Positions 51,080 to 59,368 of a stretch of 64,000 bases of DNA are shown in pieces; the first letter of the stretch is position 1; every line of letters starts with the position of its first letter. The notes below the pieces were generated by a model. That model had not been told where the DNA came from. It was given only the letters and a program-made list of their open reading frames with translations, and did no database searches. Origin of the DNA: an uncultured Bacilli bacterium (GTDB taxonomy: Bacteria > Bacillota_I > Bacilli_A > RF39 > UBA660); contig CALVIG010000003.1 in NCBI GenBank assembly GCA_944329425.1, forward strand, positions 51,460 to 115,459, given 5' to 3'. The position numbers and the translations under genes were made by a program.

Positions 51080-51804
51080 TAATAAGAGATAAAGTGACTG
51101 GTGATTTATATAAAAATTTAATGAATTATATTATTTCAAAAAGTGACGTTTTATCAGTATCAGTAAATCTTATTTATAATAAGAAAGTTACGGATAAATT
51201 TATGAAAATTATTACATATAATAATGAGTATGATATTAATAATATTCTAAATGATGTTCCTAAAAAACTAATAGAGGAAATTTCTGAGGAAAACAAGAAT
51301 AATACTTTAATTTTTGATGAAGAATATATAAATAATGAAAAAAGATATTTAATAAAATATATTCAAAATTTTTCAGAAGATGATAGGGTATCTCTCATAT
51401 ATAAAAGAAGAAAAACTTATATAAAAAATATGATTTATTGGCTAGTTTATGAATATAAAACAACTAATTGGTTACGTAAATTTAAAACTAGTATTATTTA
51501 TAAAAAGCGTAAAAATTCATCGTATACTACTTATTATCTCAATCTGACGAAGGATTTAATAGATGATATCCTTAGCAGAAATTCATTTGATGATTGGAAT
51601 TTTCCATTATCTGTTGAAGATATTGCATTTTTTAAGGATAAACAATGTTTATTATGTTCAGAAACTCATGAAAATATGTGGGATTTATATTGTAAAGATC
51701 AAAATGAATATAAGTATTTTAAATCTATTGGTATTAAATTTAATGATTTTAAATATAAATCAGAAGGAAAAAAAGGATTACCTTACAATAATTATTATAT
51801 TTAA
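51076..51804 (+). CDS. Putative cognate immunity protein of the Rhs C-terminal toxin
   Basis: Start overlaps the Rhs stop (ATGA). Cytoplasmic 242-aa protein with no homology recognised. The position is typical for Rhs immunity genes. Confidence 0.45.
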   Translation: MIIRDKVTGDLYKNLMNYIISKSDVLSVSVNLIYNKKVTDKFMKIITYNNEYDINNILNDVPKKLIEEISEENKNNTLIFDEEYINNEKRYLIKYIQNFSEDDRVSLIYKRRKTYIKNMIYWLVYEYKTTNWLRKFKTSIIYKKRKNSSYTTYYLNLTKDLIDDILSRNSFDDWNFPLSVEDIAFFKDKQCLLCSETHENMWDLYCKDQNEYKYFKSIGIKFNDFKYKSEGKKGLPYNNYYI

Positions 51805-51908
51805 TTAGATTTAGGTATTATTAATTTGAACTTTAACTCTAAAATTTGCAAAAGGCATTTTGATCGAGTTATCATTATGTCTTTTAATATTTTTCAAAAG
51901 GAAAAATT

Positions 51909-52208
51909 ATGATAAATTTTATAATAAATTATTGGATTGAGATATTATTGACGTCTATTACATCAGGAATTATATATATTTTTAAACAATATATGGGTTT
52001 AAAAAACGGAATGAAATCTCTTTTAAGAAATGAAATAATAAGAATATATGATAATCAAGAAAAATTAGGATATTGTCCTAGTTATATGAAAGAGAACATT
52101 AAAGAAATGTATGAAAACTACCATAAATTAGGTGGTAATGGAATGGTTACAAAAATGACTAATAAATTATATGAATTACCAAATGTAAAGGAGGATGATA
52201 AAGTATGA
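51909..52208 (+). CDS. BhlA/UviB-like holin-family protein (N-terminal transmembrane helix plus coiled region)
   Basis: 99 aa. Single N-terminal transmembrane segment. First gene of a three-gene overlapping cassette that ends in a lysin. Confidence 0.35.
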   Translation: MINFIINYWIEILLTSITSGIIYIFKQYMGLKNGMKSLLRNEIIRIYDNQEKLGYCPSYMKENIKEMYENYHKLGGNGMVTKMTNKLYELPNVKEDDKV

Positions 52209-52432
52209 AAGAAAAATTGATTTTATCTATTATTAATTTACTTAAAGTAAAATCAATAATAACGCTACTTACATTTGTAGCGTTCTTTTATTTATCTATT
52301 TCAGAAAAAATAGGTAGCGATAATTTTATGCTGATTATAGGAATGATTGCGACTTATTTCTTTAATAAAGATAATTCTGAAAAATTAAAAAATAAATCTA
52401 TGGAAGTGGTAAAAGATGAGCAAGATAACTAA
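52205..52432 (+). CDS. Small two-transmembrane holin-like protein
   Basis: 75 aa. Two hydrophobic helices and a charged C-terminus (KDEQDN). It overlaps both neighbours (ATGA-type coupling). Confidence 0.45.
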   Translation: MKEKLILSIINLLKVKSIITLLTFVAFFYLSISEKIGSDNFMLIIGMIATYFFNKDNSEKLKNKSMEVVKDEQDN

Positions 52433-53153
52433 CTTAATATTTAAAAATGCTAATCATTATGTAACATCTGGCTTTGGTAATAGAAAAGTAATGAATACCA
52501 AAGGAGGCTATACAAGTTCTTTTCATAATGGAACAGATTATGGGACAAATAATGTTAAATTACCACAATATGCTATTGAAAATGGAACTGTATTAAGTTG
52601 TGGTACGGATTCTTTAGGAGGAAAATTTGTTTGGGTTAAATATCCTAGAATAAATGTTAAAATGCTTCATTATCATTTATCTAGTGTTAATTGTAAAACT
52701 AATCAAATAGTATCTAAGGGAACACTTTTAGGATATACTGGTATGAGTGGTAAGGCAACAGGTATTCATTTGCATTTGTCTATTGTTGATCTATCTAATG
52801 GAGAGTTTTTGAATCCTGAGACGTATTCTTATACTGAACAAAGTGAAACATCTGTGCCTGTAATTAATAATTCATTTTTTGGTAATAAATCATATTTTAA
52901 GCGTGGTGATTCATGTGACAATATAGGTAAAGTATGTTATTTTTTTGCAGACTATTTTTATGGATATTTTTGTAAAACTAAAGAGGAGGCTCATAAGTTA
53001 TTAGATGGTAATCTATTTGGACCATATCTTGAGAAATGGGTAAAAGAGTTTCAAGAAAGAGCTAAAGCAGAGGGAAGGTATTATGATAACATTGATGGCT
53101 ACATTGGACCTAAAACTTTAAAAACTTTAGAAAGCTATGGGTTTATTTATTGA
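52416..53153 (+). CDS. M23-family peptidoglycan endopeptidase with C-terminal PG_binding_1 domain (endolysin-like)
   Basis: HNGTDYG ... GMSGKATGIHLHLSI (HxxxD/HxH zinc motifs of LytM/M23). C-terminal ...YYDNIDGYIGPKTLKTLESYGF is the peptidoglycan-binding repeat. No signal peptide. Confidence 0.75.
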   Translation: MSKITNLIFKNANHYVTSGFGNRKVMNTKGGYTSSFHNGTDYGTNNVKLPQYAIENGTVLSCGTDSLGGKFVWVKYPRINVKMLHYHLSSVNCKTNQIVSKGTLLGYTGMSGKATGIHLHLSIVDLSNGEFLNPETYSYTEQSETSVPVINNSFFGNKSYFKRGDSCDNIGKVCYFFADYFYGYFCKTKEEAHKLLDGNLFGPYLEKWVKEFQERAKAEGRYYDNIDGYIGPKTLKTLESYGFIY

Positions 53154-53284
53154 TTAATAAAGGGGTACAAATTATTATTTTGTATCCTTTTAAAATATTC
53201 ATATTTACTAAAATAATTAAATATGATAATATAAACTTATAAAATGTGTTGATTAGCAGTAAATAATATTTATTAGGAGAAATC

Positions 53285-54058
53285 ATGACAAAGAGATTAA
53301 AACTATTTATAATAATTACTGTATTATTAATTATAATAATATTTATTTTCAGATTATTTCCTTTTGGATATAATCAATATAAAATTAGCTTGGATTTAAG
53401 TAAAATTACTTTGCCTAAATTTTCATATGATATTAAACAGGAACAAAAAGGTATAATAACTTTTAAATCACATAGAAGTAAATTTATAATTCAAGATGAA
53501 ATAAATGATATGTTTGAATCTTATGATAAATATATTTGTAATAACAAAGTGTATTATTATGATAAAAATCATAATATAACATTTATGGATTATGAAATCT
53601 CAAATAGATTTTTTACTAATAATATTAAATTAATATATCATAGTGGTAAATTTAGTGATAATGAATGTGCAAAAGTATTTGATTATAAACAAATGGATTA
53701 CAGAATTATCCCGGTTAATAGCACAGGTCATTGTTATATTAAAGAAGATAAGTTTGAATATAGAGATGAAAATAATGAATTACATAATGTGTATTATGAA
53801 TGTTTTGGTAATTTAGCATTTAAAAATGGAATGAATAAAATGGAATATATTGATAGAGTTTTATTTTTTAGATGGATTTCTATGAAGGACATAATTAATT
53901 ATTTAAATTATAAAACAAAAGATAAAACTTTTATGAAAAAAATAATAGATAAAAAACATACGTTATATTATAATAATGATTTTTATTTGTTGAAGTGTAA
54001 TAATAAAAATATATATATAGGTGAAAAGTATGATGAATTTAAAAGTTATTGTAATTAA
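53285..54058 (+). CDS. Hypothetical protein with N-terminal transmembrane anchor
   Basis: ORF with RBS AGGAGA. Extremely AT-rich. No family recognised. Confidence 0.35.
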   Translation: MTKRLKLFIIITVLLIIIIFIFRLFPFGYNQYKISLDLSKITLPKFSYDIKQEQKGIITFKSHRSKFIIQDEINDMFESYDKYICNNKVYYYDKNHNITFMDYEISNRFFTNNIKLIYHSGKFSDNECAKVFDYKQMDYRIIPVNSTGHCYIKEDKFEYRDENNELHNVYYECFGNLAFKNGMNKMEYIDRVLFFRWISMKDIINYLNYKTKDKTFMKKIIDKKHTLYYNNDFYLLKCNNKNIYIGEKYDEFKSYCN

Positions 54059-54412
54059 AAATAAATTTGATATAAAATAATCAAATTTATTTTTCTATGC
54101 ACCTATAACAAATTTCAGAAATAGAAAAGTTATATCTTTTTGAAAGTAAGTAAAGTCTTTCTAATTAAATAATGACTTTACCATACTCTATTCCACTTAA
54201 CATACTTTTTTGAATATTTAGTATTATTGCTAATTTTTTTAACTTAGATTTTAAGTTTTTCTTATTCTTAAAATATTTTTAGGAATGATTTTTAAATTCA
54301 ACTCTGTAATATTATAAATTCTTTTAGAATCATTTTTAATAAATTAACAACAGAAGAGAGAAAAATTATATATTGGATTTATTTGGACAATAAATGAAAG
54401 AAGGAAAACAAA

Positions 54413-54613
54413 ATGAGAAAAGACTCTTTAAATAGTGTGGCATCAGCAGTAAAAGAGTTCAAAAAATATATAAAAGAGAATGAAAATAATATTGATAAAT
54501 CGAAAAAAATTATATTAAGGCAGGCTCTAAAAGCAGCGCGCTCTATTATAAGCTCTAATAGAACATATTTTAATAGCCAAGAGTTAAGAGAATTATTTAA
54601 TGATAATGATTAA
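54413..54613 (+). CDS. Hypothetical small protein
   Basis: 66-aa ORF with RBS GAAGGAAAA. Confidence 0.3.
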   Translation: MRKDSLNSVASAVKEFKKYIKENENNIDKSKKIILRQALKAARSIISSNRTYFNSQELRELFNDND

Positions 54614-54776
54614 AAGTAAAATTATATTTCATTTTTTAAAAACATTAAAATAGTAAAGTTTTAAATCATGTTTTTATTAGTTTTATATTATAAAAATCTC
54701 ATTTACTTTTCTGATGTAAAAGTATATAATAGCACTTAAAAAAAAGCAGTGCTTATTATAAAGTATAAGCGATTTT

Positions 54777-55011
54777 AGATATTTGAGTAGTACATCTATA
54801 AACTTTTACTAGTGCAGTAGTTTAGTAGCATTGCTATTAGGGTGTGCTACTATGTATGAAAAGATATTTAATAGTCAATATTTTATTTTTAATGCCGTAT
54901 GGGGCTTGTTCGTTCAAGTCCCGTGCGGCATTTTTTTTATACCTGTTTTTATTATGTTTAAAATTCGTTCACCGCCTTTTCTATTGAATAACTCAATAGA
55001 AAGGAAGGTAA
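54777..55011 (+). promoter_or_regulatory. Conserved leader upstream of sigma-like regulator copy B (paralogous to 42429-42660)
   Basis: Same conserved 5' block, internal hairpin plus T-run (54894-54938), CACCGCCTTTCT box and RBS-proximal hairpin CTTTCTATTGAATAACTCAATAGAAAG. Confidence 0.4.
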
Positions 55012-55491
55012 ATGAATAATCCAAAAAGACGCAAAAGTAAAGATAATCCATATACTTTAATTTATAATTCACAAGATGATAAATATATTATTTCTTTTAA
55101 TGATTCTAGTAACCATAAAATTATTTTTGAAATAGATCGTTCTTTATATATGTTATTTAATGAATTTGAATTAGAAGACTTATCAGAGTTAAATGAATTT
55201 GATAGACATATAGAGCATCTTAATATAATGGAGAGTGATGAGATTCTATATAAAAGAACCCTGAAAAAGAGTTTATTAGTAGATGACATTGTTGATAAAA
55301 AATTAGAAATGGAAACATTGAGAGAAGCTATAAATGAACTTCCAATGACGCAGAAAAGGAGATTAAAAAAGTACTATTTTGAAAATAAAACGCTGGAAGA
55401 TATAGCAAAAGATGAACATTGCTCAAAAGTGGCTGTTAAATATAGCATTGATTGTGCAATTAGTAATTTAAGAAAAAAATTAAAAAGTTAA
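55012..55491 (+). CDS. Sigma-70 region-4-like HTH regulator, copy B
   Basis: 159 aa. Paralogue of 42662-43147 (shared KSKDNPYTL, LNEFDRHIEHL, KYYF...K..S blocks). Confidence 0.55.
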   Translation: MNNPKRRKSKDNPYTLIYNSQDDKYIISFNDSSNHKIIFEIDRSLYMLFNEFELEDLSELNEFDRHIEHLNIMESDEILYKRTLKKSLLVDDIVDKKLEMETLREAINELPMTQKRRLKKYYFENKTLEDIAKDEHCSKVAVKYSIDCAISNLRKKLKS

Positions 55492-55530
55492 ATTTTTAGG
55501 CTTAACTTTTAGGCTAGAAGTGAGGAAATA

Positions 55531-55611
55531 GATGGAAGGGTAAAATATCCTTTCCATCTGTTTTTGATTTTAATAACAAAACACAGAAGTTGATCTTTGA
55601 CAACTTAATAT
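55531..55611 (+). promoter_or_regulatory. Conserved terminator hairpin plus TTGACA box downstream of sigma-like copy B
   Basis: GATGGAAGGGTAAAATATCCTTTCCATC hairpin, then GATCTTTGACAACTTAATATT (identical 21-mer to copy A). Confidence 0.4.
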
Positions 55612-55880
55612 TTATTCATCAGATACGTTCTTATTGTTCTGGAGCACGTTAACAAGTACGCTTGTCGGTAAATACTTGGTTATAAAACTAGATGGCAACT
55701 AGTATTGCGAAGATAAATAATAAGGTTAAAGATACTTCTGTTCAGCCATAGACTCAATCATTGGGAGCAGTCCGGAGTGATCCTCGGGAGAGTGAAAATC
55801 TCATGGAATTAGTTAGCCACTAATCGTCTGGTGAATGTTAAAAGTACTTGTTTATATTAAAATGGAAGGGAATTTATTAA

Positions 55881-56081
55881 ATGAAAAAGTATAAAGTAAA
55901 AATAAAATTAATATTTGAGACTACTATGTATCATTCACAGACGAGTTTGAAAAAGACTAAAGAAGACATTAATAGGGTTATAACACATTATTTAAAGGGT
56001 AAAAAACTTAATATTTTAAATTTATTTAATACTACACCGCGAATTATTTGTAAGGTGGAAAAAGATGATAGAAAACAATGA
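55881..56081 (+). CDS. Hypothetical small basic protein
   Basis: 66-aa ORF with RBS GGAAGGGAA. Upstream of the recombinase. Confidence 0.25.
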   Translation: MKKYKVKIKLIFETTMYHSQTSLKKTKEDINRVITHYLKGKKLNILNLFNTTPRIICKVEKDDRKQ

Positions 56082-56373
56082 TATTAATTAGTAAAAAAAT
56101 ATTATGATTAAAAAGTTTTGCATACATATAAATAGGAGGAAGATAATGTGAATGAAGTTGAATATAATGTTAATGTTTTTGTAAATAAAAATGGTTATAA
56201 TTCAAAAGATAAGAAAATAATTGAAAAAAAATTTAATCAAAAATTATTAAAGATAATTATTTCTATAGAAAAAAATAAAGTTTGTCAAGTTTAAAAAAAT
56301 AAAAAAAGTATAATTTATATTTTTAAAAATTTATTTTAGTATTAATTTGCAAGAAAGGAGGGTGCTTTCTATA

Positions 56374-57984
56374 ATGAAGAATAGAGTTGATATATATACA
56401 AGACTTTCCGATGAAGACAGATATAAAAAAAATAAAAGTGATGATAGTGAATCTATAGCTAACCAGAAAAGCATGTTATTAAAATATGCGTTAGAGCAGG
56501 GCTGGGAAGTAATAAATGTTTATAGTGATGATGATTATTCCGGTGCTGATAGTAATAGACCACAATTTCAAAAACTTTTAAAGGATTGTGAAAATGGCGT
56601 TGTTGATATAGTGCTTTGCAAAACCCAGAGTAGGTTTTCTCGTGATATGGAAGTCGTTGAAAGGTATATACATAATAAATTTATTGAATGGGGAGTACGC
56701 TTCGTTAGTATTGTTGATAATGCAGATACTGCAAATAAAGGCAATAAAAAATCTAGGCAAATTAATGGCCTTGTAAACGAATGGTATTTAGAAGATTTAT
56801 CAGATAATATTAGAAATTCATTGCAAAACAGAAGAGAAGATGGTTTATTTTTAGGATCTTTCGCTCCATATGGTTACATTAAGGATCCGGATAACAAAAA
56901 CAAGTTATTAATTGATCCCATTGCTGCTGAAATAGTAAGAGAAATATTTAACTTGTATAAATCCGGAGTTGGTTATTATAATATTGCCACAACTTTAAAT
57001 AAAAGAGGCGTTTTAACACCTTCTAATTATAAAAAAGAAAATGGTAGTAAATATGTATGCGGGAAAGCACGATTTAAAGAGAAAACAAAATGGTCTCAAG
57101 ATACGATTGCTAAAATATTAAGAAATGAAGTTTATATAGGTAATTTAGTGCAAGGAGTAAAAACTTATGTAAGTTATAAAAATCATAAATCTTATATTAA
57201 GCCTAAAAATGAATGGACTTATTCTTATGGTACACACGAACCTATAATAGATATGGAAACGTGGAATATGGTTCAATCTAAATTTAGATCTAGGACAAGA
57301 GTTAGTAGAACAACAGGTGAAGTATATTTGTTAAGTAAGAAGATTTATTGTAAAGAATGTGGTGGTGTATTTAATAGACAAATTTATCACACAAAAGACG
57401 GAAAAGTTCCATATATGAAATGTAAGGGAGTAAAGCTAGCTAATCGTGATTGTTCTAATAGGGAATCAATAAGATGTGAAAAAGTTGAAAAAATAATATT
57501 AGATGAATTGAATAAACAATTAGACTTATATTATAATGTTGATGAATTAGAAAGGTTATATGTTTTGCAAAAAAAATCTTTGAATAGTAGTACTTTATTA
57601 AAGAAAGAAACTTTAAATAATGAAAAACAAATATTACAGGAAAAAGTCGATAAAAAAAATGAACATTATAAAGCTTTATATGAAGATAAATTGGAGGGAA
57701 TAATTACGCAAGAAGACTTTATAATGTTTAGAGAAAAATTTTTAAATGAAATTGAAGAATATAAAAATAGAATCAAAATTATTGACGAGGAATTGAAATC
57801 GTTAAAATCGGAAGAAGAAAATGTTGAATCGAGCAGAGAAGTTTTTGAAAAATATAGACATATTAATAAACTTACAAAAGAAATTGTTGATGAATTTGTT
57901 GATGTTGTTAAAATAGGTAAAATAAATAAAGAAGATAATAGTAGAGATATAGATATTCATTTGAATATCATTAATTTAGATTAA
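56374..57984 (+). CDS. Large serine recombinase (resolvase/invertase N-terminal catalytic domain, recombinase domain, zinc ribbon, coiled-coil)
   Basis: N-terminal VDIYTRLSDEDR...IANQKSML (catalytic Ser region), YSGADSNRPQFQKLL, a C-terminal Cys cluster (CKECGG...CKG...C) and a long coiled-coil. The ATG at 56374 with RBS AGGAGGG is the preferred start. The stop lies 20 bp from the att core. Confidence 0.85.
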   Translation: MKNRVDIYTRLSDEDRYKKNKSDDSESIANQKSMLLKYALEQGWEVINVYSDDDYSGADSNRPQFQKLLKDCENGVVDIVLCKTQSRFSRDMEVVERYIHNKFIEWGVRFVSIVDNADTANKGNKKSRQINGLVNEWYLEDLSDNIRNSLQNRREDGLFLGSFAPYGYIKDPDNKNKLLIDPIAAEIVREIFNLYKSGVGYYNIATTLNKRGVLTPSNYKKENGSKYVCGKARFKEKTKWSQDTIAKILRNEVYIGNLVQGVKTYVSYKNHKSYIKPKNEWTYSYGTHEPIIDMETWNMVQSKFRSRTRVSRTTGEVYLLSKKIYCKECGGVFNRQIYHTKDGKVPYMKCKGVKLANRDCSNRESIRCEKVEKIILDELNKQLDLYYNVDELERLYVLQKKSLNSSTLLKKETLNNEKQILQEKVDKKNEHYKALYEDKLEGIITQEDFIMFREKFLNEIEEYKNRIKIIDEELKSLKSEEENVESSREVFEKYRHINKLTKEIVDEFVDVVKIGKINKEDNSRDIDIHLNIINLD

Positions 57985-58004
57985 TTACCTTGCTAACACG
58001 TATC

Positions 58005-58270
58005 CTGGACATGGAGGATCTGATCCAGGCGCATCAAATGGTGATATTATTGAAAAAGATTATACTTTAAAAATATCTAATTACATGTATGATAGGTTTA
58101 AAGATTTGGGTATACCGGTGGTTATAACTAGAACAACGGATAAAACTCTTAATCCAACAGACAGGGTAAATGTTATTAAACCCAACATAACTAGTAAAGA
58201 TGATATAGTTATTTCTAATCACTTAAATGCCGGAGGTGGCGAAGGTCAAAGTGTAACAATAAATGTATAA
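58005..58270 (+). pseudogene. 3' fragment of the cwlC-type Amidase_3 gene (start-less), resuming at ...PGHGGSDPGASNGD
   Basis: The frame is open from the element junction with no start codon. It contains GHGGSDPGA, VITRTTD, and HLNAGGG (the H.NAGGG zinc-ligand region), then stops prematurely shortly after. Confidence 0.6.
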
Positions 58271-58309
58271 CAATTAAAGCCTAAATATAGAAAGAAATGA
58301 GGAAATGTT

Positions 58310-58660
58310 ATGAATATTAGTTACACTAGAAAAGGTGATTATTTATTACCTAATTTGATATTAGAAAATAAAGAACAATATAATATAAGAAAATATGGAT
58401 TATTAAGATTAGATTATATTAAAAATAATAAGAAAAGTTTATACATTAAATTACTTATGAATGATGAATTAAATAAATATTTACATGATATAGATGAATT
58501 AGTAGAAGATAAAGTAAATGAATTAATAAAGATACTTGCTGAAAAAGAAAATATAAATGAAGAAATGAAATGTAATCAACAATTACTATGGATAAAAAAT
58601 ATGAATAATATAAAAAATAGAGCTGAAGAAATTATATTAAAGGAGTATATCTATGTGTGA
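58310..58660 (+). CDS. TnpV-like transposon-encoded protein (Tn4451 TnpV family)
   Basis: N-terminus MNISYTRKGDYLLPNLIL and C-terminal LWIKNMNNIKNRAEEII resemble TnpV proteins, which pair with large serine recombinases. Confidence 0.45.
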   Translation: MNISYTRKGDYLLPNLILENKEQYNIRKYGLLRLDYIKNNKKSLYIKLLMNDELNKYLHDIDELVEDKVNELIKILAEKENINEEMKCNQQLLWIKNMNNIKNRAEEIILKEYIYV

Positions 58661-58952
58661 TATAACAGAAAAAGAATGGAATCAAAAATATTTACCTTTT
58701 TATCATAATTTCAGTAAGTATATGATTAATTACATTATTCCTGATGTAGTAGCTTTTTATATAGCTAATAGTTATAGTAGAAAATGTTTATGTGATTCAT
58801 CGCTTTATAATCATATTAATTCTGCAAAAGATGTATTTAATGTAAGCTGCGATACAAAAAAATTAATACCTAAAATCGAAGAAATATTAAGAATAAAATA
58901 TAATCTAAAAATAGTAAATAATAATCCATTAAGATTAAAAAGATGTTATTAA
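58653..58952 (+). CDS. Hypothetical protein
   Basis: ORF overlapping the tnpV-like stop. No family recognised. Confidence 0.3.
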   Translation: MCDITEKEWNQKYLPFYHNFSKYMINYIIPDVVAFYIANSYSRKCLCDSSLYNHINSAKDVFNVSCDTKKLIPKIEEILRIKYNLKIVNNNPLRLKRCY

Positions 58953-59368
58953 AGAAATTAACGCTATCTGAAATATGATAGTGTTTTTTGTTTATGTGAG
59001 TATATTTATTGTCTAGCCAGCACTGAATTTCTACTCCCGTACGAAATTCTTTTGTGGGAAATGTCCCAAGCCCTATTTTTAAAATTAAAAATTTGTAAGT
59101 ATTTCAATGCCAAAATTAAAATTTTGTCAAATTATATGGTATAATAATATCATATTGGTTTTGATACTACGAAAAACAATAGGATCAACTAGGATATTAA
59201 TTAATTTGTAATTTTTATAGTTTGTTAAGCTTTATTTATTAATAGTGTGGTATTAAAAAAAATTAAAATTATACTTATTGCTAAAAAAGATTATTTAAAT
59301 TCTTTTTTGTTGAAATAGCTTATTTTAATAAATAATAAATTGAAAAATAGTTATTAGGAAGTGATATA

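Larger units (their letters stand above)
42023..58012 (+). mobile_element. About 16 kb serine-recombinase excisable element (skin/prophage-remnant-like) inserted in the amidase gene. Bounded by the 8-bp core CTGGACAT at 42015-42022 and 58005-58012
   Basis: Both junctions carry the identical core. Joining host-left to host-right restores MVIVDAGHGGSDPGA. The large serine recombinase gene ends 20 bp inside the right junction. AT-rich composition, phage-type lysis cassette and tail-fibre-like gene inside. Confidence 0.6.

Noticed and set aside
54731-54753. Palindrome AGCACTTAAAAAAAAGCAGTGCT upstream of leader B
   Set aside because: No T-run follows and it is not conserved in copy A. Likely an incidental hairpin or a weak terminator of the preceding ORF.
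56148-56294. GTG-initiated 49-codon ORF with strong RBS upstream of the recombinase
   Set aside because: It is too short and low-complexity (N/K-rich) to call confidently. It is mentioned only as an RDF candidate in the findings.
42023-58012. Intact prophage
   Set aside because: No terminase, portal, capsid, tail tube/sheath or replication genes. Only fibre-like, lysis and recombinase functions remain, so it is a phage remnant or skin-like element rather than a complete prophage.
56374-58660. Recombinase plus TnpV interpreted as a Tn4451-type mobilisable transposon
   Set aside because: The att core and amidase junction lie between the two genes, and no catP/tnpY/tnpZ/mob-like genes follow. 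It is kept only as an alternative topology in the findings.
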